Below, piece after piece: positions 1 through 13,059 of a stretch of 64,000 nucleotides of DNA (positions are counted from its first letter, which is position 1; the number at the start of each line of letters is the position of its first letter). This DNA comes from Rhodosorus marinus CCMP1338. Taxonomy: Eukaryota; Plantae; Rhodophyta. The stretch is taken from contig JAMWBK010000003.1 of the NCBI GenBank assembly GCA_029953675.1, positions 3,162,001 to 3,226,000 on the forward strand, in the 5' to 3' direction. A program made the position numbers and the translations under genes. Under the pieces are notes generated by a model that was not told the DNA's origin, did no database searches, and saw nothing but the letters and a program-made list of their open reading frames with translations.

Positions 1-955
1 GGCAGATTGATGGACTGCCTTGATAAGAATCAGCGTAGATTGGCTGGAGCGATATTTTGCCTGTACGTAACTCCTGGAGCGCCGTCAATCTTTTCTGGAC
101 TGGAGCTTGGGTAAGCACCCCGCGTCTGCCACTCAAGGACCCCACAATACGCAAGTTCTCCCGAGTGGTCCCTCACTACCGATGTCAAATCCGTGGCCGT
201 TCTTTCTGTTAGCAAAAGCAGTGGCACCCAGTACGCCCAGGAACAGAAGGTTCTCAGATGCGAATTGCTGAGATCCTCCGGATTTATGGCAGACGAGGAG
301 GATTGCTATGAGATACGCGACCTTCATCGGGCTCCTCTGACAGAGGAGGATATTCAACAAGCTGATTTCGCACACTCCAGCGTTATTCAACTGATCCAAA
401 GACTGAACCAACTAAGCATGAAGTGCTCGGCCCTGAGCTCCAACCAGGTAGGTGTCCCCATCGTGGACAAAGCTTTTTGCTGGGGCAGATTTGTCCGAAA
501 ATGAAGACGTTCCTAATCGCACTGGTCGCTTCCCATCTCTCATCAAAACCTGCGTAGGCCTACCCTATTGAAACTACTCAACTGCAAGTCGTGTGTTTAA
601 TTCGAGCCGATAAAGAGTCAGTTGTACTCTGTCTGGCCAACGTTTCCTGCCAACCGCGTTCTTGCAAGATTCCAAAGTGGCAGATAAATCGCTACACGGA
701 TGTTCGTTCCTCTATGCAAAGCTCAACTGGGACACGATTGCTGGACAAGACCTGACCATTGTTTTCTTTAATCCCCCTGTCGTTTTACAGTCTCCGAATA
801 CCTCTCAAGGACTTGTTCATGACCTGCTGACTAATGACTACTTGAGCCTCGAGCTGGAGGATGGTATCTATAATTTGACATTGTCACCGCATCAATGTCT
901 AGTTCTCGACATGCGTGGGCGCGGTGGTGACAGCAGTGAAGGCCCTTTAATTTAA
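1..955 (+). CDS. GH13 alpha-amylase-family protein, 3' part (5' end outside window; spliced)
   Basis: Frame 1 reads QRRLAGAIFCLYVTPGAPSIFSGLELG, like the GH13 'LLTLPGxPxIYYGxExG' motif. Spliced exons then give SSVIQLIQRLNQL (like 'llxfyrkLixLR'), VVCLIRADKESVVLCLAN and GIYNLTLSPHQCLVL (C-terminal beta-sandwich). Probable introns start at GTAAGC ~112, GTAGGT ~446 and GTTCGT ~701. Stop at 953-955. Confidence 0.65.
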
Positions 956-994
956 TATATGTGAAGTTTGTACAAAGCCCAATTTTTTGGGGTG

Positions 995-3900
995 TTAATA
1001 GATTCCCGCATTAGGTTGCGGAGATGCTGCCGGAAGGCTTGACACGCTAGGACGGCTCCGAAAATCAATATGATCCTGTAAAATAAGTTCTCGTGTAAAG
1101 AACTTCCGATTTTGCCCGGAAACTCGATCAGATCTTCTCTTTTCGTACGGGTCAAACGATGCCGGACGCGCTGGTCTGGCGAGTAGGTCGCGTGTCTGTG
1201 CATGGTGAGCAGATGTTTTCACCCTGTAATAGTGCAAGAGCATGTTAGAGATATCCGATGCGGCATTTTGTGTTAAAGCCACAGCAAATCTTACCCCGAG
1301 CTCAGCAATTTTGACCGAAAGCAGGTCACGGACAGATGGAGACATTTTCTTCAAGCTAAATGATAAGCCGCTTCTCGGGTTATCTACCGCAAACTCGCAT
1401 AGATTTTCAAGCCCTTCGTTAACAGAACCCACCGAATTAATCTTCTTCAAGATATCTGATAATCGGCTGTTGAGGACTACGGCGCTCTTCTCCTGGTTGG
1501 GGTTTGGCGCCGGTGTCATGCTGCTTTTGGCGCTGTTGCCGGCAGGATCAAAATCAATGGTGAGCTCGTCAGTTGCTGCTAACTTGTTGTGGTTGTCCAT
1601 TGAACCGAATGCACTTTTATGTCTGTCCAATACCTTTCTGCGACCACCATTCGTTCGCCGTCTTTCCGACTGCAACCTTCGCGGAAACCTTGTTTCCGCA
1701 GCATTGTTTCGATGTCAGCGAGGATTGGCGGTTTCGTTTCCGTAGGTACCTGGGAAAGGAGCTCGTAAACCCGTTCACCCTCTAATTTGATCAACTCGTT
1801 CAATATTGTACGCACGCATCGGAGAGGAAGGAAAGCATCCTCTATGCGAGAATTTGCGCTTCGTCGCTCGTGTAAGGCGAGGAACACATGGGCGTCTCTC
1901 AGAAGCGATGGTTTATGCACACCCTCAAAGTTGCTTCGGGTCAACTTCACAAGGCACTTTACGCAGGTCCGCATGCTCCTTGAAATACTCTGACTCGGGA
2001 TCGCGCCGCACTCTAGACTGCTGGCAAAGTTGTTCAGCCAAGTAAGAAGCACGTGGAATACTCTCGTCTGGTTTGAATTTTCAAGAATCCGTCGCATAAG
2101 AACGCTCAAACCCTTTTGAATCTTTTCTCCTCCGCCGTACATCTTGTCAACCCTCTCGATCGGCATGGCTCGTAAAACCTCAGACGAGATAAGGAACAGC
2201 GTCCTCACGTCTATTGTGGAAGACAGATCATCCTTCCCGAAAAGAAGGAGAAGAGCTTGCAGGTGGTGTTTCAGCTCATTAGCCCTCTCGCGACAACCGG
2301 TAGCTGCAGCTGCATCGACAACCTTTCTAAACGACATAACCAAGAGACGGATGACTCTCCCCAGCGCTGCTTTCGCATCATGCGTGAAGCTTTCTTCCTT
2401 GATCAGGCGTGCTGCCAGCTTTGCGCCCGACGCTCTTATGCTGAATTGGCTCTGGTTGAGGGCTTCGCTGATCTGCACCAGACTCCACAAGCACGAATCG
2501 ACATGCGCCGATCCATTCTCCTTCTCAAGGGTTTTCAATCTTGGAGCCTCGCCCACAATCGCTTCTTCAAATCCAGGATCCGAGATTCTTAACATTCTTC
2601 CAGGAGTGTCAACCAGAAGAGCAGCCGTTGTCCTGCCCTCCAAACTCTCTCGTCGTTTGCTCATGGAGGTCGACAATAGCATGGGTTTCTCCGGGGTCGC
2701 GTATTCCTGAACCACATGTCCGTAGTCGGGAGATAAACCTACGTTTACCTGATTAGGAGGTCCTCTAACCCCACTGCTCCCTAAATGTTGTGACTTGTGC
2801 AAATCGGAGTCGCACGCATTCGTACTTTTCGAATCCATGTGGGTTTTATGCACTTCCAGTTTCCGAAGAAGTTCCTCAGCCGTCAGACGCAATTGCTGGG
2901 TTTCGCTCTCAAGGCAGTTGGTTGTAAACCTGACTATCTCCGGGATATCAGAGCTGGAGATATCTGTATCCCCAGTAAGAATATGCATGATCCAGAGCAG
3001 ATACGTTTCTCGCATTAAATCGTTGGTGCCCGAGGGAGGAATCTCCAGCACGCTCGTAATCCTTGAAGCGCCGAAAGTCTCGGAGAGACGGCTGAGGCAT
3101 TCCTTCGCACTTTCCTTCACAGGTTTATGAATGTCCGCCATGGCCAGAAGTACGGGACGAAGAGCTTGTGAAACATGGACCACAAACATATCCTCGTTCG
3201 AAGTCAGGAAGTCCCCAAGGATGTGGAGCGCTTGACAAGCTATGTTCTTATTAGTGTCCGCGACTCGATCGATGAGAGCGGTCACAACAGCAGTCCTGCA
3301 ATCCCTTGATAGCTGGGAGGAGTTCCTGAACCTGCTATCAGAGCGTAGCCCGTCGATAGCTTTCATTCGGTTTCTCCAGTTGCTGCTTCCAAGCTTGTGA
3401 ATCGCGCCGAATACTTCCCTTTCCATGTCGGAAGCAGGAACGTTTCCAGGGAAAGGTCGTTGATCGTTGCTTGTTCCATTGATCTCTGTCACCTTCGCGG
3501 CAGGTGGTGTATTGGCTTGACCGACAGGCTGCCGAAATGAGCAAGACTTATCTTTGTCTCCACAACTTTCTGTCTCAGACTCCTCTCCCTTTGAATGAGC
3601 TAGTCGATAGTCAAGTGTTCGGTTTTCTGCTTGTTCAGATTCTTGAGCTGAATTCTCGTCCTTTTGTTCGTTTTTGTAGTCCAGGCGCAACTCTTCAACG
3701 ATCCTAGCCATCCTCCCACCTAAGCCATCCAGGGCAGATTTTGTCGTAGAAGTACCAAGAGCGGAGTCAAGAGCTACTAAAATCCGTAGCGCAGCACGTC
3801 GTACATCGTGGGATGCATCGTCGACAGTGCAAACCAGCAATTCGCATATTTCGCGTAGGCATCCGCCGAACCGCTCTCGAGCAGTTGGATGTCTAGCGTG

Positions 3901-5184
3901 AACCTCCAGCCAGAAGAGCGTACGATATCTTACCCAGAGTATCCTACTCGACAGGTTGATGCGGATCGCATGAACACAACTGCCCAGACCAAGGCAGCCG
4001 TTATCCACGAGCGATTGCAACGTTGCAAGAAGTTCCTCTCCCGTGACGCGGTGTTGCTCTCTCAGTCTGGATAGGAGAGACTTCGAAAGTTGTACAGCAA
4101 TTCCCTCATTGAAGTTCCGTCCAACAATTGTTGCCAAAGACCGCACAGTTTGTGATGCTGCCCTCACGACACTGACGTTAATGTCCTTCTCCAAAATATT
4201 GGAAAGGTGAGAAAACAGCGGCTCCGATAAAGAATCCAGTCGGACGTGACCGGATTGAAGCACCTGATCAAGTCTTTCTAACGCACGCTTCCTCGTTGAC
4301 CAGCTGGGCGATTCCACGGCCTCGTCCCATGATATTTCAGTTCCCTTCACCTCTACTAAAAGCCCCGCGAGGGTACTGGCTCCTTCTCGCTCGGTTTTAG
4401 ATACCGAGCGTTGTGAAATGTCGTCATGTCCAGCAGTGTGTGTGTTCATTCCCTTCCATGCACCTCTGGGTGTCGCTGAAGTCCCAGAGATCCGGTCTGG
4501 TCCTTTGATCCGGTCCTTCATGTCAGGTGTGAGAAAGGAATTGATCGATGACAACTCCTCGTCTTGCAGATACATTCTAAGTTCCATGATTAGGGCCTTT
4601 GCTTCCGATCGAATCTCGCCGCTCGCCGAACTCTGCACCTGCGCGCAAGTTTCCGCGATCAATTGAATCGGAATTTCATCTGAACCATGCCTTGACAAGG
4701 CGTCCTTCACTAGGCGTATGCTGGTACTCGATATTTTGGGGACTTTGTGCCGAATTCCGTACAAACAAAGAGCTTCAACTGCGTGACCTCTTGCTCCTGT
4801 TTCCAGGAGCTCAGTACAAAGTATTTGCGCACGTTCTTGGTTAATCTTTCTCACGTTGAACGCGCTTTCCACCACTGATTGTGCGAGTCGTAATGTAATG
4901 TCATGACTAAAACCTGGCGGTGCTGCTTTCAGGAACCCGATTGAAGCGTCCATAGCCGCCAGCTGCGCCGCCGCGTTCGAGTCCCTGACGATGTCCGGAA
5001 GGTGGGTTGAGAACCTTGACAACACCACATCTTTCCCGTATTCTTCAGTCCCAAATTCTATCAGCTTCCGCAACTCGACATAGGCCTGCTCCCGAACCTT
5101 CCAGTTCTTATGCACTAATCGCACCTCCAGTGACACATCCCCATGGCCACCTGCAGGCTCAACCACAGGTCCTTCCTCACCCAT
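995..5184 (-). CDS. MOR1: XMAP215/ch-TOG/MOR1 microtubule polymerase
   Basis: 1201-aa ORF with TOG signatures (HKNWKVREQAY, SPSWSTRKRAL, SSNWRNRMKAI, DTNKNI). It joins the downstream frame via a 101-nt GTATTG..CTGAC..CAG intron (1633-1533). The last exon has the conserved tail LNSRLSDILKKI..EGLENLCEF. The extreme 3' end is uncertain. Confidence 0.92.
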
Positions 5185-5984
5185 CGTCCTTGAGGGCTAT
5201 CAGCCTCATTTCATCGTTAAGTGAGACCAGACCACATCCATTTTCCTTCCTGCCAACCTGTAAGATTACAACAACCCCTCTCCTCTGTACTCACCTAAGC
5301 CAGCATCCCCTCCAAACCTTCCATTCCAGTCTTCCCAATTAACCCCAACCTAGCAAAAACATTCAAATATTCAAAACCTACTGGCTAGGATATCCCTAAA
5401 GACATCCTCAACCAATCACGAGTCTGAATTTCTACCAACTTCAATCATATTTGCTAAAATTTAAGATCGAATCGGTTCAAATCAAGAGTACTGGTCGCCT
5501 AGAAATTTCATTCTTGGTCCCGTATTTTTGGCGGTTGCATTATGATTTCCCTCATCTTTGCCGAGGTTGCCGAGGCCGCATTTGTGTTTGGGCTTTGATG
5601 CTGGAGAAGGAAAGCAAGTTTTGGTACTGTTTTGGGAATTGTGCTTTGTTTACATTGAGACCGACTTAGAGGACATTTTATGGAATTGGAAGTTGATGTT
5701 CTAGAAACCCGCGTTACGATTCTTTTGAGCGACTATATTTTCCCCCCACGGATGTGAGGTAGATTGAGTGTCGGTGTGTTTTACTGTCTAGGGGATTGTT
5801 GATATGATATAGAGTATAAGATGACGTTTTAAGAGTTCTCAGGGAACACGTCGCGTTCTTCGATCTTGATACGATTCCGGGCTAGTGTTGCCAGCCGTTC
5901 AAGCGATTTCCCCGCGTTTGCGATGAGGCTGAGAAGTATGTTTACGGCCGTACTGAAAAGAAGTTGATTTGGGAATCTTTAGCA

Positions 5985-8931
5985 ATGGCACAGCCTGCTC
6001 CACAGAGGCTGAAGAGCGCAGTAGCGGACTTGTCCGAATACTTTACGGAGAAGACTCGCTCCAAGTTTGAGAAGATAAGCGCCGCGATGCTCAGGACTGA
6101 TGACAACTCTCTGGGGTTTTCGAAAGACGGAATATCACCTCACAACCTTTCGAAGCTCACTTCGGAAATTCTGAGGTATATGGACACGTACTATGGTGTC
6201 AAAACGGCGAAAAACTTCCGAAGGTTTACGAAGATTCCCATCAGAATGTTCAAGGTGAGAACAATGTACCAATATGCCCTATCCCATTGCCACTGTTCAT
6301 TCTAGACCATGCGGAGCGTGCTGCTCGTCGTTGTCACCCTCTGTGAAAGCCTTGTTTCGCTCGGAAGACTGCCAGCTTTGCGTCTTAGCGATGGTTGGTA
6401 CTGCATAGAAGTACCGCTAAAATTCGTGCTGCTTTCCTACATCGCTCTTGTACGCTATTACCAGGACTATTCGGTCAAGGGCTCACTTCACGTGATTCTC
6501 GCGACGATTCTGGAGCACTTTTACTCAATTAGGAAGGTCGACCTTTCCAAACGCAGAGATGACCTCGTCGACGTGTTTCTCTATATCGACCGGCTGCTAA
6601 AGAAGAACGGACTCTTGAGAGAGATAAAACTAGCGTGCAAGGACCCTTCGATAAGGAAAATGGTGGATTCAGTCGCGAAAAGAAAAGGGTACAAGGTGGT
6701 TCCGATTCACGAATGCACGCACCTACTCTACCCTGATCCCCAAGGGACGACGGAAGAAGAGGTATGAGATCGAGTCGCATTCTTCACCCATCCTCGACAA
6801 TGGCTGACAGCCCTCTCACGTCGAATGCGCAGACGGCGGCAATGGAATATTGTAGAACGCTCCGCATCACCGAAGACAAGGCCCTCGTGCACTGGTGGTA
6901 CTATCCGGACAGCTACGATACTTGGATACCTGCTTCCGAAGTGCAGGGTGAAGCAGAAGAGCCTGACGCACCTAAGGATCCATGGCATGTCCAAGTACGA
7001 TGGCTCCAGGATACAGATAAGTACAATGAGGTCATGAACGAAGCTGATTACGAAATACCAGCAGAGTCTCAAGTCCCAGCACCACGTGCAAGCCCGGACG
7101 TTGTGCAGAGCGCCGTGCAGAAACGACCAAGAGAGGAGGGCGGCGACCTTGTCAACTCCAAACGGGCGAAACAGAGTAGAACCTCGGACGAACTCCAGAA
7201 ACAGACCTCGTTAAAAATCCTGGTGAAAATGCCGAAACTCGATTCCCCTCGAGATGGAAGCAATGACGAGAATGATCCGCCCTCAACGGAAGCTCTCGAT
7301 GAACCTGAAACTTCAGCACCGCCGCCGCACCCTCATGGACTTGTCGAATACATAAGAGCAGAACAGATAAGGGAGGATTTTGTCCCAGGGCGTGTGCGCA
7401 ACATCTCCTTACTCACGGCTGTGAGGCGGCGCGCCCACGTCTCTTCACACGTCGCTCCAACGAATGATCGCGCAAAGGGGAAGATCAACAGGGCTCCCAC
7501 TTGGTAAGAGGGCCATACCAATGGAACCCCAAGTCCGTGAACTCTTAGATTTCCGTTGTTGACCCCCGCGTGTTGCACTTAGGTTCTCAACGGAGTCCAT
7601 TCATAAGATCGAGAGGCGGGCATTCCCAGACTTTCTTTCTGGTCACTTCGCGCTGAAGTCCCCCGCATCGTACAAAATGATCAGAAACAAGATTGTTGAC
7701 GCGTGGACCAGCTCACCCACTCGCTACCTCTCACCATCCGCCATCAAGCTCGAAGTCGAAGCTGACACTACATCGGTTGTTCGCATTCATAATTTTTTGG
7801 AGCATTGGGGGGTAATTAACTCTTCCGTGAGGTCTTCTTTCATGTCTGGTGACTCGTCTGTTATCAGTAAGCGCCCTTGTTCCGGCAATCTTGCTCTTGC
7901 GCATGCGTTCTGACGGTCTGATCGAGTTCCTCACGGCCTGGAAACTAGGATCTGTTAATTTCGTGTACGCAAACCTAGGAGAGGCCATGCACGCGTCTTC
8001 ACCCAAATGCTGGACCTGCAGTAAGGACCTGGGAGGCTCTTTTATGAAATGTGCAACAACCCAGGGAGAAGTTCTCATTTGCACAAAGTGCTTCTCATCT
8101 GGGAGGTTTCCAAGTGAGTAGAGAACGAAGCCTTTGAAGCGATTGATTGGCTATGATCTCCGCAGGAGCTGATCTAGATTGTTCTCAAAACTCAGGTGCT
8201 ACCTCCTCGAGGGACTTTCGACTCTCCAGCTCCTCAGATGGACAGAAGGGGTGGTCAGAGCAGGAAACGTTGCTTCTGTTGGAGGGTATCGAGATGCATG
8301 GGGAGAATTGGGAGCAGATTTCGAAACACGTTGGCACCCGTGATACCACAGCATGTCTTTTCCAATTCGCGAAAATGCCACTAGAGGAAGCTCTGCTGGA
8401 AAGCGTGAAAAAGAAACCTGACCAAGATCGACAGTCGGAGCCGCAAGGGGTTGAGATACCTTTCCTGAAGTCTAGAAACCCGCTTATGACGCAAATTGCG
8501 TTTGTCGCTGCGTTTGTGTCGGTTGAGCTGTCCGCAGCTAGTGCCCAAGCCGCGCTGGCAACCAATCTCAAAATGTCTGAAAAGTTGAGCGGTCCACCAG
8601 GTGCGCGTGTGTCGAGAAAACCCTAAATCCTTTGTGCTTCCGTCTCGTGGATTATGTCCCGGGGGGGGGGGTTAATACTAAGACTTTGAAGCGCGCTGTC
8701 GTTCGTGCTTCCTCACTTTACGTAGGTGAACAGCCAGTGCATAGGATCCGAGATCTTTGTGCTGTGTCGCTCAAGGCGGCTGCAGCGAGGGCGAAGGTCT
8801 TAGCGGAGTTCGAGGGACGTGAGGCCGAAAGATTTCGACTAATGGCTCTAGAAACCCGATTACGGGAACTTGAACAGAAACAGCTACGCCTTGACGCTCT
8901 GCAGAACTTCCTCACGAGTCAAAACCGATGA
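5985..8931 (+). CDS. SWI3: SWI/SNF core subunit SWI3/SMARCC (BAF155/170-like), multi-exon
   Basis: Chromo-like LVHWWYYPDSYDTW..PWHVQVRWLQDTDKYNEVMNEADYE; SWIRM (YKMIRNKIV..RIHNFLEHWGVIN); Cys-rich CWTC..C..CTKC; SANT (WSEQETLLLLEGIEMHGENW); NPLMTQIAF; C-terminal coiled coil AAARAKVLAEFE. Confidence 0.95.
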
Positions 8932-8957
8932 TACAGACCATCATGGCAAACACCACC

Positions 8958-11900
8958 TCATCTGGGCCCTCTTCTGCACAGGTCGTCCAGGAGGTAGGAA
9001 CAATGCAGTGACGACGAGGAGAAGATGACCTTCGGTGAGGTAGATGCATTCGAGCGGCACCAAGCTCGTTTTACGACAGCTGGCGAGCGTCCGCTGAATG
9101 TGATTCTTTTTTTCGCCAGCTTCGACTGCGGAATATTTGTGGCTAAGTACGCGTGACCCCTCATGGACGACTGACTTAGTAATTTCGTTTTGAACACATC
9201 GACTCGGACGTAGTTGTGAATGTTGACCGCCGAAAACCGTACATCATACATAGAGAGAGAATCGGACTCCTCGTTCCATGGCACATACGGTTCAAGCTAT
9301 GCCGAGAGTCAAAAGTGTGCTCGGCACTCCAATCGATGCTTTAGAATACCTTTTCCAGACCACCAGTGCGATCTGCTTCTTTCTTTTTTGATATCTATGA
9401 ACGACGGCTTCACAATGTCATTCAGTTCATTGTACGAACACCTAACAGCAAGTAAATGTGTACCGGCAAGACATGGCTTTTGCATCGCAGATGGTCTCTA
9501 GTATAAGCAGGCTCTCAGCTTGTTCACGTTCAGGCTAGGTTCCTTATGTACTCGTTCTTGGCTCTCGATTGCATGATCTCTTCTGGAATCTTGCTTGTTC
9601 CAGACACGTACGCAGACCTCAGAGCTATTCCACATTCGAAGCCCGGAAAGAAAAGCAAGGTCTCTAAGTTCTTGTGAACCCCAATAAACCGCTCCTCCGA
9701 AATAGGAGGATTGGGTTTGCCTCAGGCAGGGGTAGTCCATTCCATTGCATTAGTCGACGTACCCAGCATCATCTGCTCGATGAAAATGACCAAAAGGTAG
9801 CTCTCCGAGGTTCCCAAATTCAGCAGCGAGCGTCCGTATGACGTCGTGTGGAAAAAAATCAGGAGGTTTGTCACGTACGAAAGCATGGACAGGAAGTGCA
9901 TGGCATTATACCATGCCCCAATAGAAATTTCCCGGGAAGGGATTGGCCTGCAGTATGAAGGAAGACCTCAGGTTCAGCGAAAACGCACAGATGGGCTACG
10001 AGCACGTTCATGCATCCGTACCGCTTCGAGTTGCGAACCATTCTCAGCAAATCTGATTTGATTTCAACGCAGTTATTCACTGTGGCAATAACGGAACCAA
10101 GAGGCCAAGCGACTGCGAATAGGGCTATGAGCCCTGCAAAAATACCAGACGAAAACGCAAAAAAAGGGTTAGCCGGCGTGAATCAAGCTTTCTACGCGGG
10201 TAGTTCCGGAGGGGCTGCATCTCTTCGGTCAAAGCAAGGCAGTGCGGAAGCCCTCTTCATACCAAGCTGTTTATACATTTCGAAAAAGTCGTCGTCTGCA
10301 TTGTCCTCTGCGTCGTCCAAGTCGAGTTGGTCCTGATCAAGGCATTGCGGAAATCCATTAGCCTGAGGAGAAAACGATTGCGTAGAGTGCCTGTTGCGGA
10401 TTCGTACTCTGACGCTCATGGTCTGAACTACACCGGTCTTTGAGCTTGGCAAAATCTGCTTTCTCGACTGCCGCCAGAGCTTCTTCACGAACGCCATTGA
10501 TAAGTACTTTTTCACGGTCAAACCCTGATACCACACGAGCACTTCAAGTCAGGGGAGTTCCTAAACCCTCGCAGATTGTCAAACCGCAAGGTGGAAACCT
10601 ACTCCACCGTTCTTGTCCTTTTCATCTAGGTCGTCGTTCTTCTTCTTCTCCGCCGCGGCGTCCACCTTCTGCTGTTGCTTGAAAGCTCGCAGCACGATGG
10701 GAATAAGTGTCTGCCCACAGCAAAACAGCAGAAAAGAAGCGACTCTGGGGTGAGAAACGCGGTTTCCGCTCTGCGTGTTAACTGCTGTTATCACCTCTTG
10801 AATGTTTCCAATAATCAACTCAATTACAACCAAATTCTGAACTCGGGTTTGCAATACAGCAGCGTCTTTCCTTATGAATGCAATATATAGGAACACGCCA
10901 AACGTATTGAGAAACTGGAATGCGGTCTGATGCGATGCGTAGAAAAGAGAAGAGTTCAGCTTAATATCCTGAGGACTGTTAATGTAGAAACGGGCGGATT
11001 CCTCACGAGTTTCCCTGTTAGGCTGTTTGAGTGATCTCTTTTCAGCAGATGATTTTCATAGTATGTCAGTTTGCCGGCGAGTTTCCCGAACAAGAAGTTT
11101 AAAGCCATCATGGTCACAATGAAAACAACCATCGGAATGTTCTGAAAAACAAGGTCCAGCGGGAAGACTTTGTAAAACACAAACTGGAATGGCATGAAAT
11201 ATCGTTCTTAGTCATCTCACTGGCACGAAATGGTTGTAGATAAGGGATCTGCACAAACCTCGTCGTCCTCGTCTGCAGCCCATGCTTTGACAACGTCTTC
11301 AAACGCGAACAGCGAGAAAATGACGCCAGCTGCGAAGATGAAATACACTCCCATAACGATAAAAGAGAATCTACCTCGTTGGGACGCATCCTCCTGCAAA
11401 ACAGGACGATTCCCACAGTCTTCAGTGAAGGTTTCCATCTCATCAATCGCGCCCCCAAAGAACCGTAGAAGATCGATGGGGAGTCTGTGACTTGCTGGGA
11501 TCCTCACCGCTGATACCACCGGCCTCTCCTTCCCCGTGATTTCGTCCTCGCCCATTTCTCCGATGAACTCGAGTCGAATATCTTCCACGAGTCTTTTCTC
11601 AAACAGCAATTCATCAGTGCGGTCTCCCAGAATAATTCCTCTCCAGTCGAAAATCAATCGTACATTCTTCTGGTACCATCTCTGGAGCATCCATGTACTC
11701 CACCACGAGGAGAACATGGCAACTGCTAAGCTGAGGATGGGTTTAAGTTCTGGCATGAAGCTGAGTCCGAACATAATTGCGCCAAAACAGCTGTAGGTAA
11801 CGAGGCAGGTAGTATACGTTGAAAGAAATGCAAAGTAGAGGGCAATCCGATCTCCGAAGTAGTCGTGAAGCCTCTCGATAATATCATCCGATAACCATGG

Positions 11901-12554
11901 ACGGGTTACAGAAACGTCTCTCAGGAAACCATCCACGGTTTCCGCATTGTGCAGAGGGAAGTAGTCCTCCAAATGCCCATTCTTCTTCAGCCATGCCATC
12001 AACGTCTGATGTGGTTCAGTCCCTAGCCAACGGCAGCGCATAGGAAAGCAGCAGTTTACATGTCAAATTGTCGTAGGGCTGCATGGGACGAGGAAACCTT
12101 AGCACGTACCTTCAAAGTCGTTCTCGTTCGTCCGAATCTCGTGGATTATTTGCCATAAAAGCATGAGTCTCTCGGATTCGCTGAAGATATGTCCGGTGGC
12201 GTCAGGTTCGTATGAATCCTTGTCCTGGATCTGATTAGACGGGAGATGCAAGGGGAATCGTTCAGCAGTAGTTGGCCTGCCTCCGGTGCGGATCCAGGCG
12301 GATCCAGGGCGGAGTCTGCCTACTTGGAACGGTCTGGGAGGACCCTCCTTTGGCCTCTTTTTCAAACCAATTTTCTCAGCATGAGAAGCAAGGACTGCGA
12401 AATCTGCGGACAACTCTGCTACGACAAGCCCGTCGTCGTCCGGAGATGCCTCCATTTCAACAATTATCCCGTCGCTCTCCAGCACCCTCTGCACATACTT
12501 CCGCAACGTCAAAGGAGCTTGAGAAAACACCAACGCAATCAGTCCACTCCCCAT
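8958..12554 (-). CDS. Anoctamin/TMEM16 Ca2+-activated channel or scramblase, multi-exon
   Basis: IHDYFG-type motif LHDYFGDRIALYFAFL; LIIGNIQEV; DDFFEMYKQLG; FAVAWPLGSVIATVNNCVEIKSD, with the Ca2+-site acidic residues retained. The 3' end near 8960 is approximate. Confidence 0.9.
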
Positions 12555-13059
12555 CGCGGCCTGCAAAACCCTCCCTTCAAGCGACCGCGGCGTTCAATCT
12601 AAATGTCAATCCCAACTCACTCAACAAATTCATATCCTCCTTCAAACCAAGCGATTGCCCTTGCCACTCTATCCTTCAGACTAGAACCTTTTCCATCGCT
12701 TCATACTAGATCCGAATCAACTCATCAACCTCAGGATCCATTCCTCCTTAGCCTAACTCTGAATGCCTATCACCCCCCTCTCCCGATACCCTCTTCAAAA
12801 CTCCGTTGAAAAGTTCAAAATCTCCGATCCGAAGCTAGCATAGTCTGGGGGGGAAATCTATATATAGAGATGTTTTGATTAAATATTATTGACCGCATCG
12901 GATATTTTTGGTTATTGTTGATTCTATTTTAAGAAGATACCCTAGATGTTTCTGGAGTGGTTACTGCTTCGCATTTGCAAACTGGTCTCGAACGGGAAAC
13001 TCGAGATCCAATTCACAAACCGCGTCTTGCTGTGTCTTCTGAGCGCGATTTCGATATAT

